From: Octopus sinensis | Lineage: Eukaryota | Direction: 5' to 3' | Assembly: GCF_006345805.1 (NCBI RefSeq) | Contig: NC_043000.1 | Span: forward strand, 59,582,001-59,646,000 | Length of the DNA stretch: 64,000 bases | Part shown: one piece after another, positions 1-14,007 of the stretch | How positions within the stretch are numbered: the stretch's first letter is position 1 | Layout: every line of letters begins with the position of its first letter | Notes under the pieces: model-generated | What the model was told of the DNA's origin: nothing | Databases searched by the model: none | What the model saw: the letters and a program-made list of their open reading frames with translations, nothing else | Made by a program: the position numbers and the translations under genes

Positions 1-277
1 TATGCTCATTTTTATGCTGGCATTGGTTAGATAGGAATATTATATTTTTTGAGAAGGTTTGATCCTGCACAGCAGAATTTATGAGCTTGTGGATGAAATT
101 TTATGGTTGACTTTTATGGGTGCATGCCTTTTCTATAACTGACTGCTGTAATAGAGGAAACTGCATGATATATCATATCATATCATATATTGTATTAGTT
201 ACTTTCCAGACTTCTCTTCTCCCCCTCCCCTTCTCTCTCTCTCTCTCTCAATAAATATATATATATATATATATATA

Positions 278-402
278 CTTTATCAATAAAGCTGCAAAGA
301 CATCACAAAAACTATTACTCAGAGTTTCACGTCCCCATTCGTTGGGCGGTTATTCAAGTACTATTCTTCTTCACTTTGTTTCACATTTATGTGCTTACTC
401 TG

Positions 403-412
<10 letters not shown>
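278..412. mobile_element. Penelope-like (PLE) terminal-repeat remnant, two pieces in opposite orientation, between (TA)n tracts
   Basis: Bases 355-412 are a diverged reverse complement of 26101-26150. Bases 278-350 resemble the continuation of that element and carry a degenerate antisense hammerhead-like motif. The family assignment is inference. Confidence 0.4.
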
Positions 413-482
<70 letters not shown>

Positions 483-589
483 AAGGGAGAGGGAGAGAGG
501 TTTTTATGGCATGAATAAACAAATTAATATGACATAATAGCTTAATTACAAGGTACATCTGTTATTCTACTTCTTTTTTTTTACCATAC

Positions 590-1640
590 AGACATCAGGT
601 TGACCCAGCAAATGAAAAGGCATGCTGTGATAGTTGCTTTAAAAGTGCATCATAGTGATGCAGAGATAGCTTGTTTCCTAGTTCTTTGCTGTCAAAATTC
701 AAAAGGGGCTGGAAGTTGCTGACAGGGATCCAACAAATAGTAATATGCAGGGTCCTAATGCCATCAGAGGAGCACATAACTTTGTACAAAAAGTAAAAGA
801 AATAGTAATAATAATAATAATAACTCCAGAAAGTCAATCAGAGTTACTACAAAAGGACTTCAAGGTTTCAGAAATCACCATCAAAAGAGTTGTGAATGAG
901 GACATCCAGTACAAGTCAAATGTGATGCAAAGGGGTTTATGCTAGATGTGACAAGAGAGAATCATTTGATTTGTGCAAAGTGCTTGGTGAACAATTTAAA
1001 ACACTAAGAGGCCAGAAAACTTCTATCAGGATCAAAAAGTAAACTGAAAGAATGACAGATGGTCATACAAAGACCTAAATGAGGTTCCAATGATCATGCA
1101 TACTAAGTTCCCAGCAACTATGATAGTTCTGAGAGTCATCAGCATTGCAGGAGATGTCATTCTTCCTCACCTTTTTTCATAGGTGTTGGAGAAAGTTGTG
1201 AGGCCCTGGATACTCAGAATATGCAACAGAAAACTGTACATCTTTTAACAAGAATCTGCCATCTATTAAGGCTTAGGACAACCAAAGTATGGATGTGTGC
1301 CAATCTCCTTGACCATGTTTTTCTAGACTCATAGCCTCCTAGTTCACCATACCTCAATCCACTGGACTATTATGTATGGAGTGTCATCAACAGAGAGGTC
1401 AACCAACACCCCCATAACACCATACAATCTCTCAAGTGCACCATAACCAACACTATGTCCAAAATTGATAAAAATCATCTTATTCAGGCATGTCTTTGCA
1501 GCTTCCAACCCCATACTGAAGCAGTCATTGATGGTGGATTCATTACATATGTATGATGAAAATATTCTGTAGGTTGTACTAATTTGTTTTTCAAATACAG
1601 CATTTCTTGGATGAGCTATGCGTTTTTACTAAATTTATAC
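590..1640 (+). mobile_element. Degenerate Tc1/mariner-superfamily transposase relic (maT/DD37D-like)
   Basis: Fragmented frames include ...NFVQKVKEI...SEITIKRVVNEDIQYKS (ORF 745..945) and SSPYLNPLDYYVWSVI at about 1340-1390, which matches the SPDLNPLD motif. Many stops and frameshifts. Confidence 0.7.
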
Positions 1641-4101
1641 AAATGACTTCAAAAACAAAAAAATAAAAGGATGTACTCTGTATTCATACTTTTAGTTTTG
1701 ACCTAGTTTTATGACAAAATTTGTGTAATTTCCATAGAAAGAAGCTGAAGTTTCCAGAAAAAGCATCCTGCTTGGTAACTTTTTTAATTAGATTTGCAAT
1801 AAGCATGTAAAAGAATATGAAATTATGTATGTTAACAGAAAGAGGGAATTCTTGAAATAAAAAGAAAAAAATCAATAATCCTGTTTCAGTGATATTCATT
1901 CGTTAGAGTTTATATTTTTAATTGTTTGTCATAAATATTCTGACTGACCAATCAGTTAGTAACATAATTTTGCTACAGCTAATATGGATTTCTTACTTGT
2001 TGCCAAGTGAAAAGATATTTTAGACTCTTAGAATTTCAAGAATCAATGATGATAATGAGAAAGACAACAAAATAATAATTCTACTTGAAGCAGTTATGGA
2101 AAAATGCATGAAACATTATTAAGACACTGCCTGACCAAATAAAAATAATGACAATGAATCAACTTGGCAAGAGAGAGATGTCCTGGAAACTGAAACCCTA
2201 ATTATTAACCCTCCTCCCACTAACACATAATCTTAATGACACTAACTACTCTTTTCTGCATCAATAAATGACAGTGAATATCTTTCTATGAACATTTTCT
2301 CAAGTCAGTTTGCCTCTTAAATGTGTAACCAGATCTTAATTAAGACTTTAAGAAGGTTTTTCTAAAATTTCAATGAAACAGTTTTTGAGAAAGTAAAACG
2401 TTTGTCAGCTTTTCCTCCCCTTTAATATGAATGTCACTAGAAAAAAAATACTTTAGAAAAAATGTCAAGAAATACACTCTTTTTTTTTCCTGCAATTCTT
2501 AAATTCAATAACTTTCATTTCTTTCAAATGAAATTTTGTGAGGTTTCAATAAACAATGTTCTTTAAATTTATTCAAGAAATAATGAGCTCTTACATAAAC
2601 AAAAGGATTTAATAAAGTGTATAAAAATGAATAAGTTTGTATGCTGTTGGGAAACATGAATCCTAGTATATTGAATAAAAGCCTTTGTTGTAGAGGGACG
2701 CAAATATGTAGTTACCATCACTACCTCTCTTCTATTACTTTCTTGAGTACTGTCCCTCTTTCCTTATTCTTGTTTATCACTTCACCACATTTTCACCCAA
2801 CTTATGCTGTTTCTCTCATCATACTCTGGCTCCCTTCCACTCACTTTGGTCCTTTTGGCATTACTCTCACCCACCCTCTTGGTCATGCTGCTCTGAATGA
2901 AAAGAGATACCATAGAGTAGTGAGGACTCTTCAGACTTGTAGGGTATAAGAAACTCAATTGACAGCAAACCATAAGAAAATGGCACCCAGTACACTCTAT
3001 AAAGTGGTTAGTGCCATGAAGGGTATCTAGCTATAGAAATCATGCCAATATGGACTGTATAAAAGAGACTTCGTCTAGGAGGGCAGTAATTCCAAATAAA
3101 AACCAACTCTGACTGTGGTGACCAGTTCATTCTTTCCCAACACAGAAATTGTATAGATGATGATGATGATGATGACAGCACTAGAAATATAGGTTTTGAA
3201 TTCAGATTTATTGGGAAGATGACTGTGTGATGTCCATATATTTTCCAAGAGCATTAGCAACATAAGTGAGTTGAAATGTTTACAATCAGGAAGTAAAATC
3301 AAGTATTAGGTTTTGCCAAGAGCTACAGGTCAAAATAATTCAAGCAACATTTACAAAAAGAAATTTTATATGTACCATCACATGACAACCTCAGTTAAAT
3401 CTAACAAGCCATGAAGGAGTCTCTATATGGTCTCATGAACTGCTAGAAATTGCTGCCAAATCTCCCTTAATTCATACTCAACCATCTTTAAAATAGGAAG
3501 GATATACTAAATAATGTCGTCTTGGGTACATAATGCCTAACAAAAAGCCAGGATGCTAATGGTTTGAACACCTTCAAAGCTCTGTTTAATAAAGGTTAAT
3601 CTGATGACAACACAAATCTGACCTGGGGTAAACAACTACAACAACAACACCAACAAAAAACAAGTTATTGAATCTGTTTTTCAGATTGTCTAAAATTTCT
3701 TTCTTCTTTTCTCTTTGCATTTTACATAATTATCAAAAGTTGTTACTATTGATATATAGCCACAAGGGAGGAGTGGCAGAACAAACAGTCCTATGATCTT
3801 AGGCATTCCAGCCATGACTATTTTGCCTTTTAATTAGTAAAATTATTGACTATAGGCACCCCTCCTACCTCTATGTTTATTTGTTTTCAACAATTTTCTT
3901 CAAAAACTAACTCCACCATACTGTTTTTATTATATCCCCCCAAAATTACAAGATGAAAAACCAAGTTAACTGAACAGAAGGGGAATTTGAATAGCAATTA
4001 CAGGTATCCTAAATAGAAACTACATTTAATTATATTTACCTTGAATATAATATAGTATGTATGGATGGATGGATGGTTGCATGCATGTGTGTGTGAGTGT
4101 G

Positions 4102-4142
<41 letters not shown>

Positions 4143-7100
4143 ACACACATATATATATATATATATAAACAAACACACATATATATATATTAGGGGAAAA
4201 TGGAACAATGGTTAGTAGAGAATTATCATTGCATGTTGAGTCTTAATCTGCTGCAGAAGCTTTCAGCTGATTTTTCAAGCTAAAGCTGATATAAGAAGCT
4301 TAGATTGCAATGTAATAATCTACAAATGACCGACCACAACCACCACCAGTCATTACTTGCAATTAGGAGACCTCATTGTTGCAGTTATAAAAAAAGAACA
4401 GCTTTAGAATATCGGTTTATTTACTCTCTTTTTTTTAGTTCTATTTTTTTGTAACAGAAGCAATGATGATAGTATGTCAGTAGGCACTTTACTATTATTA
4501 TCTAATCACTGATGTAATAACAATAAACAAAATCAAACAATGAAAGTGAATGTTCAGTAGCCAACAGTTCAGCCTACTATCATCACTACAATAAGAGAAA
4601 AGGAAAGTAGAATAGACTAGATAGATAAAAGCAGGCAATTTTTTGTAACTTATAGAATAAACTATTAACATAGTGGGGAGAGAGATAGAGAAGTGCTTAC
4701 TTTTAGAAAAACAAGCCACTAAGAGAGAGAAAGTCTCAAATTGGTCAGAGGCCTGTCAATAGACTTTAGTGTTTAGGGGTGCTTCAGAATATTCTGGGTG
4801 GGCACTAATTTGCAATAATGTTAAAGTGGGGTTTTGAAATTAGTGTTATCACTGTAAATCTGTGGGTGCACTATTGAATAGTGACAAGTCAGGGCTATTC
4901 AGTGCACCTCCTTAGCGACAGGGATGCATGGTCACATATCTTGCTAGAAGTAGTAGTAAAAGTTCTCTCATATCACACCCAACTGTCTTATGTAAGGGAA
5001 AACACATTAAATAATGTACTAAACCCATTAAAATCCAAGGAAATTAATAATAATCTGTATGAACAAATAGTTATATAGATAGTTCAAACAATGGAATAAG
5101 TTTTATGCTGTGAAGAAGTGAAATTTTAAGAATAGTTGGCCCTCAAAGTCTCTATACCTCATGAGAGAGGAAAAAGGTATAAAATGGTTGTGGGGTTTAA
5201 AAATATAAAAAACTGAAATGTTTGGAAATTTTTTCTGAATTATAATTTCCTTTTCATGAAACAAGATTACTAAAAAATAAAGGAAAAATAACATCCTTTC
5301 TTTCCTTCCTCATGAGGTATGGGACGGCTATTTCAAAACTTCATTGGTGAAGTCTACCATTTTGGGCAGAATTTTTTATTAGAGAAAAGATAAGTAGACA
5401 GGATAGAGAGAAAGTGTTTACTACTATTGGTCAATATTACTAAAGCACAACATAAATTCTATTCCACTGTTTGAACTGTCTGTAAAATGTAGTTCTAACT
5501 TCATTAATTAAAAAGATAGAAAGCCCATAAAGAAAGGAGATATTAAGTAATTTAGGTCACTCTAAGCTCCTTAAAGAAGATGCAATGGTTACAGATAGTC
5601 TGACCTGTGGCTAACAACAACTAACAGAAACAACTGGTAGTTTAATCTGTATTTGAAGTGAAACAGTTGACAGAAAGACTAATTACACTGCAGTTCTAAT
5701 CAATGTGTATTAACTAAAAAGGAAAAAAAAATATAAGCAGATATAATATAGCGATAATTACATCATAAATAAGAGGCAGCTCAGTGTCACCACCAGATAG
5801 ACTGGTTTAGTATGGTTAATTTGTAATATGTTGATCTGTTACACTGTATAATTATAGCCAACCTTATAATGAAGAAATATTGTATACAATTCTTGTTACT
5901 CTTTGCATTGTTGGACTGTGGCCATACTAGAGTATCACCATACATTATATAAACTAAGCATATTATACATATCCAAATATATTTGTGTGTGTGTGCGCAC
6001 ACACACATATAGAACATACAGCCAATGAAATAACTCAAGTACCAGACCACACATGTGGATATTATACACCGTCAATACCAAGTCATGATAGTTTCACCTG
6101 ATGATCACACTAGCATGAAACTTGGCTTCAATTTTAATTTTAAAAATGCTATATATATATATATATACACACACACACTTTTGACACCATAAGAATTTAG
6201 AAACTTTGAAATGAGAGTGAAATAATTCTTTTTTTAGAACATCGAAACTTCGAAGTATATATAAAGCTATAAATAACAGTGTGTAAATATTGGGTTAAAA
6301 ACTAGACAGACAAGAAGGAAGAAAAGATGGATGGATGGATGGGTAAATAGATAGATAGACAGACAACTGAGTGGATTCTCAATTACTAAAATAGATCCAA
6401 GATTAGGAGTCTAATTTATATTTACAGCTCCATGTAAATATAAATTTAATATTTATATTTACATGGAGCTGTGGAGGGTTTGTCCAAATTTGTTGACATC
6501 TTCTCTGCCTACAAGGGTGGTACAAACACACACACACACACTTCTAAGCATCATTCTCACACATATAACACATATACATAGTAGTAAAAAATAATGTTCA
6601 TTTTTTTTTTCTTTGATACAGCCTGTTATTTTTGATCTGCCTTAGATAAGTGGAAGTTTCTGTATGCTCTCTCTCTCTCTCTCTCTCCCTCACTCTTTTC
6701 TCTCTCAATACATACATACATACACAAACATATTAAATGAATTATAAACTAACAGCTAAGGTTTTAATATAAACATATATGTCTAATGTATAAACATTAT
6801 ATATCTGTAAACATTAATTGGTGCTGTTGTTTAAATGCAGCTCAGCCCTGAGACAACAGATGGGCAATTTGATAAGAAAACCAGAAAAACCGCTGAGAGA
6901 TTTGTGATTTGTATCCAGAATGAAAGCATTTAAGTTTTGCTTGCTAAATTCATCTGGCTCTATTGGGGTACTGCATGCATGTATATAATTCAAGGCTTAG
7001 AGTAGAAGGAAGAACAAAAGTGGCATTGTAAAAGTTGACAAATGTTTCCTTAGCTTGTAGTGTTATATTCAAGTCCTACAAGTCTGTAGGCAACAACGGG

Positions 7101-7752
7101 ATACCAAACAAGTGTATTAGCTTCTTATGTCCACTACATAAAAGCTGAATGTAGAATAGTATCTCAATGATCCAACAGAGTTTTGGTACAAACTGTCATC
7201 ACTTTTACATCATTAAACATTTAGAGCCTATTGCATTTGCTATTTGAGGATTAGAACAATACTAATTTTAATTCTTTTACTCTTTTATCGATTTCAGCCT
7301 CTGGACTGTAGCGATGTTGGGTTTCTGATGTTCAATCATTTTAACTTCAATACTTAGAGAATACAAAATAACAAAACCAGGTTTAAGTTCAGTGTAAACA
7401 TAAATACTACCTTCCTTCATATAGTTATATGCTAATACAATAGTACTTGCCAACCTACCTTTAATGTAATTCTAAGGAAAGTAACTCAAATTTAGTAAAG
7501 AAAAGAAATTAGTTGGTAGTACTAGTAGTGATATTGGCAGAGGCAGTGGTGCCAACAGTGAAGTTGATAATGGTGAATGAAGAAAGGAAGATATATATAG
7601 AGAAAGAGATGGAGAAAGGTACAGAAGGAAAAAATTGGGAGAGGAAAAGACAGAATGAGAAAGCAACAGAAAAAAGAGAGAAAGAGAAAGCAGAAAAAAA
7701 GAAGAGAAAATATAAGGGATGATAAAATGGTGGTAGTGATGATGTTTATATT

Positions 7753-7787
<35 letters not shown>

Positions 7788-10700
7788 TCTGTCTTGTTCT
7801 GAGACAGCTTGAATAGGCTAATTGCTCTAAGTTGTTAATGTTAACATATTCAGAGCAAGGAGCATAAAAAGATGATCAAGAAATAAATATGAGAAGAAAA
7901 AAAAAGAAAAAAAAAAAGAAATTTTTAATGCTGTTTTCATTTTGGCCAAAAGTATAGAAGAGAAGTCATAGACATGTTTCATCGAACTTTGAGTCATCAG
8001 CAAAATATATTCAGTAATACTTGCTAAAATAGTGATGAAACAAAGAATCAGTAAGTAAACATACAAGACTGGACACTTGTGGGTGTAGGAAAATAAAATT
8101 GTTTAGAAAGTAATGAAAATGGAGAAATAACTTTAGGATAACTAGGAAACTCATCTGTAGTTACACATACACTACTTAAAACCATGCATATTAAGTATGA
8201 TGAGTTTACAGACCCTTATCTTAATAAGTGCACTCTAGGTCAAAAGAACTTTTACTAGATACATTTATAGAAAGCGAGAATGAAAATTATTTCTTTCTAC
8301 ATGCTTCTGCATGGTAAGGAAAGGCAGTATTCATGAACCTATATTTTTTTTCTCAGGGCCTTCAAGACTAGAAGAAAAGTTATTCTCAAATTGACTTGGC
8401 CCAAATATTTGCAACAAAGTGAATTCCATTGAATACATTAAAGAAGTACTAGGTGATGTATTAACCCAGGCGGTGGCTTAAGTCTAACATCCAAGATATC
8501 AGAAGACAAAGAGCTGAAACAAATACCACAAGGTATCTCATCTGCTGCTCTGAAAAATCTTCCAATCTATCACCATGGACTGGTACTTCAAATCACTGAC
8601 CCCAAAAAGATAAAAAGTAAAGTCTTGGTGATATTTAAACTCAGAGTACAGAAAACTACAACAAATACCACAAAGTATTTTGTCCTGCATTCTGAATACT
8701 CTGTCAATTTGCCATCTATCTAATAATATTAAATACACATGTACTCATACATTTAAAAAGCAACCAATCCTTAAGCTAATTATAGCTAATATTTAAAGCA
8801 GTTTAGATTGAACATAGCAGCTTGTATATAGAACAGACTGAAACTAAAAGATATCATAAAGATACAGATGGAAAATTTATAATCATAAAAAAGGGTCTGT
8901 CTTATTTCAATTGATTACTAGAAAATTTTACCCAATTATATCACACACCATTTCTTTCAGACTAAAACTAATATGATATCTGCTATAACTTGTTAGTTGA
9001 ACCCATTATGTGAGTAATTAAATCTGAGAATGACTCTTTGCTGTAATAACTTTGGAAGCTTTGGTGGATTATACAGCAAACATTTTATAAACATCAATTC
9101 AAATAATATTATGTTGTACAAGTGGTAGTTAGTAATCCACATTATCGATTTCTGATAATGGCTACAAAATTTAGGAGAAGGAAAAGCCAATCATATCGCC
9201 CCGTAGTACTTGGCTGCCACTTATTTTATCAACTCCAAAGAATGAAAAACAAAGTCAGCCTTAGCAGGATTTGAACTTAGAAACTCATTCTATTAAACTG
9301 TAAAATCTACAACAGGTCTATCTGAAAAGTATATAAAAATACTGCTTTATGAGTAAGATTGAAAAAGTTTTGAAATATAGGAGGGTAAATTCTGAAGACT
9401 TTGCTTACATAGTACTAGTAGACGAGTGAATAGTAAGTAAAACAATAATAATCAAACTATAGGAAAGTTGGAATCAATAAACTTAATTCTAGTCAAATTA
9501 CTGAATATGATTCAGCAATGTTGAATGAGAGAATTAAGACTGAGAAAAGTGTGTCAAATGAAATTGATGATGAGAACAATGACCATAATAAAGGAGTGGA
9601 GAAAAGGCAATGAACATCATGTATAGGAATATTACTTTTAGTCATTCATTTTCTATTTTATATATTTCACAAAATATCATTTATGAAATTTCCTGACTCA
9701 TTTAGAACAAAATGGTGGACCTTTGTACTAACACACGTGAAAAACATATAATGTACAATTTAATAAATTTCAATCCAGTTTATTTATAAAAAGCCCTTAA
9801 CCAACATTAATTAAATAATCAATGCTAAAATAATTGCTACTCTTGAAGGGGAAAGCATCAAATCTTTTCTAAAGCACTCCTCAGGATATGTAACAATTCA
9901 AAGCAAGTACTTATGTCTTGCATGGGCCCTCAACTCCTTGTTGGAATTCCAAGGACACTAGAGTGATGTAGAGGTATCTTGGTTTCCCCCTCCACACCAG
10001 GTCTGACAACAACTGATTTTGTGCAGAAAAGAGAAAAACAGATAAACTGAAAGAGAGAAAGGGAAGAATCAATCCTTAAAGGATAAAATGCAAAGTTTAC
10101 CACAACAGGATTTGAGTTCAGGGCAAAGAGAGAAAGAGAGAGAGAGAGAGAGAGCCAGAATAATTAATGCAAAGCAATTATCTGATGCTTTAACAACCCT
10201 GTCACTTATATCAATATTGGAATATATCAGGTTTAAACACAAATAGGAATAAGTCCTTATTGGGGTTTTCAATTAGGCATGCTGCAATTTTTAAAACTGC
10301 TATGTATTTATTGTATGTGTGTGAGTATGAGCATATTTGTGGATTGTTGTAAATGAATGTCATTCATTTCGAATATTCCAAGAAAATATGTCTGGCCATA
10401 GGGGAAATATTACCTGGTTTAGAAACAGGTAAGGCTTGGCAACAGGAAGGGAATCTGGTCATAGAAAATATACCTCTATAAACATTGTCTGACCTATGGG
10501 GGTATGGGAAGAGTGGATATTAAAAAGACAATAATAATGATGATGATGATGAATTTAAGCTTTAGAAAATCCATGCTAATGCTTGAGCATCTTACAAAAG
10601 ATGTTATTCATAATTTTGTCATACACAAGTATAATTAGTGAAAAGGGGAAAACAATAATTTACCATATATTTTCTTTTTGAATATTTAACTTTTAAATTA

Positions 10701-10880
10701 CGCTTTTTGCTTTAAGCATTTCATGTGAAGTGTGACAGCAATTTTCATTTGATCTCCAGTGCATCACTAAGATTGAGAATTACTACCTTAGAGCTTGTTA
10801 CTAACAGAAAATGAAACTGAATGCAAGACCATTTCATTGTTTATTTTCCCGTGTGTGTGTGTGCATGCGTGCAGGAGAGT

Positions 10881-11689
10881 GTTCAACAACCAACCTGGAC
10901 AGTAAGCTATTCTGGAAATATGTATGTTTAAAGCAGAGACTTCTCTCTCCAGTTAGTCCTCTTCGCAATCCTCACACAAGCCAAATTACTGATGATCCCA
11001 AAGAATGCACAGAACTCATTGCTGAATGCTATGCAAGCATTTTTACTGTCAAAAACCAAAACGTACCATCTCTATCACCTTTGACACCAAATTCCATAAC
11101 AACTATGGAATTTACATCTGCAATGCTGCGATGTCACCTTAAGAATAAGCACAACTATGTCTCTCCTGGTCTTGATGGTATTATGTACCTACTTCTCAAA
11201 CATGGTGGGTACTTTCTTCTGCACCAGCTTTCACTCTTCTTTCAGTTCTGTCTTAACAATGGTGCTACACTGGAGCAGTGGAAAACTGCCAGTGTCATTC
11301 CTCTGTTCAAAAAGGGTGACCGCATGTCACCTATCAGCTATCGTCCAGTCAGTCTTACTAGTGAAGTCAGAAAACAGCACAGCTCTCATGGCTTTCAGAA
11401 ACATTTTTTCACACTCAGGGTTGCTGAAGCATGGAACAAATTACCTGCATCAGTAGTTAATTGCCAATACATTGCATCCTTTAAAACCTCCATGCTTCCT
11501 GAAATTCGCCAACATCACACCTGATATTCCCCACCCCCTCCATACACATGTATATCATGACTCATGCCCTGTTCACTTTCCTGACTTTTGTACATAATTC
11601 TATGTACTGTACAGGCACCTTTGATGAATTGTAGTGCACCTGAGCACTATACACAATAATCTCATTACTATTATTATTATTATTTTATT
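10881..11689 (+). mobile_element. CR1-clade LINE copy with the central RT domain deleted
   Basis: ORF 10811..11524 has SPGLDGI...WKTASVIPLFKKGDRMSPISYRPVSLTS fused directly to the CR1 C-terminus KHFFTLRVAEAWNKLP. Ends in an (ATT)n tail. Flanked by direct repeats tgcaggagagt (about 10870 and 11690), a possible TSD. Confidence 0.8.
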
Positions 11690-11742
11690 TGCAGGAGAGT
11701 TTGTAAGAGAGTATTTGTGTAAAACAATATCCATTTATAGAC

Positions 11743-11875
11743 AAACGTACCATCTCCATCACCTTTGACACCAAATTCCATAACAACTATGGAATTTACA
11801 CCTGCAATGCTGCGACGTCACCTTAAGAATAAGCACAACTATGCCTCTCTTGGTCTTGATGGTGTTACATACCAA
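11743..11875 (+). mobile_element. Short second copy of the CR1 segment at about 11058-11190
   Basis: Near-identical aaacgtaccatct...ccttaagaataagcacaactatg...ggtcttgatggt at both sites. Confidence 0.8.
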
Positions 11876-12893
11876 GGGAGCTAAAAACAACAAAAATCTT
11901 TTTAGAAGGAACTAAACTATGCACTATTTGGAAATAAGTGTTTCTCATACTAGTTCTCAGTTTTATTCCCTTTGTTTCCATCCATCCACACTTAAATATG
12001 TATGTACACACACAGCTCTATGTTCACATATTTTAACATCAAATTTTGTGAAAGTACATGAACTAAACATGGCAGTAGAAATAAAATGGGTTCTTATTTT
12101 GTACTCACTTAAATGTACCTCATTTTTTAAAGCATTATTAAAAGAAATAATAAAAATATTGATTCAGTCATTTTTTTGTTCAATTCTGCTTTGTCCATCA
12201 TTAAAAATAAAATCAAGTCCAACACAATAAGCAAACCAAGAGATGATAGTTTTACCCACTGGAAATAGAAACCAAACCTTCTTTAACTCACATCCTATCA
12301 TCAAGAAAAAGGAAGTAAAATTTTGACTATGCAGAAACATGGGATTAAAATGACTTTGATTATAAGTCTGGTCTATCAGGACTAACAATAATAAAAATAA
12401 ATCTAAAAATTTGCATTATATATACATATACATGTATATATAATGGAATGTCTATCCTTATTATCCTGTGAGTGCCCTGGGAAGGGAAAAGGCTAAGGAA
12501 GTCACTCAACAGTAAATCAAAGACTGGAATCCTTCAGATGATCTGATGCCCTCTTTGACATCCTTCCAGGAACTCGAGGGTAGGTAGAACTGATATCTCT
12601 AGCCTTGTAAGGCAATTCACCTAAGATAAGGCCATGCCAATGTAAAACCTACAGTTTGCTGGTCACTGCAGTCATATTAGCCAATAGAGTCACTATAATC
12701 AGATCTGCAAATCAATAGAATAGAATTGGATTATGTTAACTGACCCTCAATTTAAAACTACTAACCACTGACAAGTTAAAATGCTCTGCAGCATCAAGGA
12801 TCAATTCACATAAATACTTGAGGGCATGCCATTCCTCCTCGTGATCTTTGGATGCAAAAATTGGACAGACACATATGTATGTGTTTATGTATA

Positions 12894-13531
12894 ACTAGCA
12901 GTATCACCCGGCGTTGCTCGGGTTTGTAAGGGAAATAACTATATAAGCATTTTTAGAGAGTTATAGCCAAAAAATAGCAAAAAATGCATTAAAAATGGAA
13001 AAAATATGATGGTAAATTTTTTTTTAAATCGTTGACTCATCGTAGACATTTTTAGAGAGTTACTTCCCTTATATAATAGCGAAAAAATGCATTAAAATGG
13101 AAAAAAAACGATGGTAAATTTTTTTTTAAATCGTAGACTCATGTAGACACTTTCTTAGCCATTTCTGTTTTGGTGTCTTCAAGCCATGAAGTCGTTGTTC
13201 TAAAAGAACGCTGGTCTCCTTGACAACGCATTACGACGTTGATTTCCTTACACTCCTTCCCCACAGGTGCAGGTGTGAGCGTGGACGCCAACTCCGCCGC
13301 CATCGACACACGAAAAATTATGCATTAAAAATGGAATAAAAAATGATGTTAAATTATTTTTAAATCGTAGACTCATCGTAGACGCGCGCTAATATTCAGA
13401 CGGGCTCGATATGAATCACGACTATAAGCTACCCGAATTTGGTGAAACTGTACCGCAAAATGTGGGAGTAGTTAGGAATCTAAATCGAAGGGGACAGACA
13501 CTCACACAACTACAGTTTTAAATATATAGAT
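12894..13531 (+). mobile_element. Non-autonomous Helitron/Helentron-associated (HINE/DINE-like) element
   Basis: 5' ACTAGC... with subterminal hairpin acccggcgttgctcgggt. Three internal copies of an up to 100-bp repeat ending ...aaatcgtagactcatcgtagac. 3' end ...cacacaactacagttttaaatatatagat. CpG-rich relative to flanks. Confidence 0.55.
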
Positions 13532-13589
13532 ATACATAGCGCAGTAGTGGTGAGATATGACAGCAAAGAAAAGCATACATTCACTCTCT

Positions 13590-13915
13590 GCATGCAATTA
13601 GACTCGGAAAGTTCGTGAGGAACCCATTGATCCAATTTGCTGACTTTTCCGATAGCACACAGGTGTCAATGAATGGTTGAATGACCAAATCCAAGCTTCT
13701 CTGCTAGTTCCTCAACAGTTACGATAATATTTTGTTCCACCAGGGTTTTCAGGATGTCCTTGTCGAGTTCTACAGATCTTTCAGGATGAGGCTCGTCTTC
13801 TAGGCTGTAGTTTATGGCTCGGGATTTCTGGAACCACCATTGACTCTGCCTTACGCTTATTGTCCAATCCCCATATACTGCATTAATATTTCTTGTACTT
13901 TGCACACATTTATAT
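13590..13915 (-). mobile_element. Mariner transposase N-terminal fragment
   Basis: ORF 13666..14070 reads QWWFQKSR...LEDEPHPERS...TVEELAEKLG. Just beyond it is QWVPHELSE, the hallmark WVPHEL motif. Confidence 0.85.
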
Positions 13916-13965
13916 TCTGTTATTCTTTTATATGTTTCAGCCTTGAGGTTGTGGCCATGCTGGAT

Positions 13966-13967
<2 letters not shown>

Positions 13968-14007
<40 letters not shown>

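Noticed and set aside
1684-1899. Minus-strand ORF with possible splice sites
   Set aside because: Hydrophobic low-information translation typical of AT-rich noncoding DNA, next to a transposon end.
7513-7722. Lys/Glu-rich plus-strand ORF; also 60690-60965
   Set aside because: Translation of purine-rich low-complexity (GA-rich) tracts.
12164-12260. Good acceptor (tttctatttccag) with VGKTIISWFAYCVG...
   Set aside because: All frames stop before the next donor, and the phase does not match the upstream exon.
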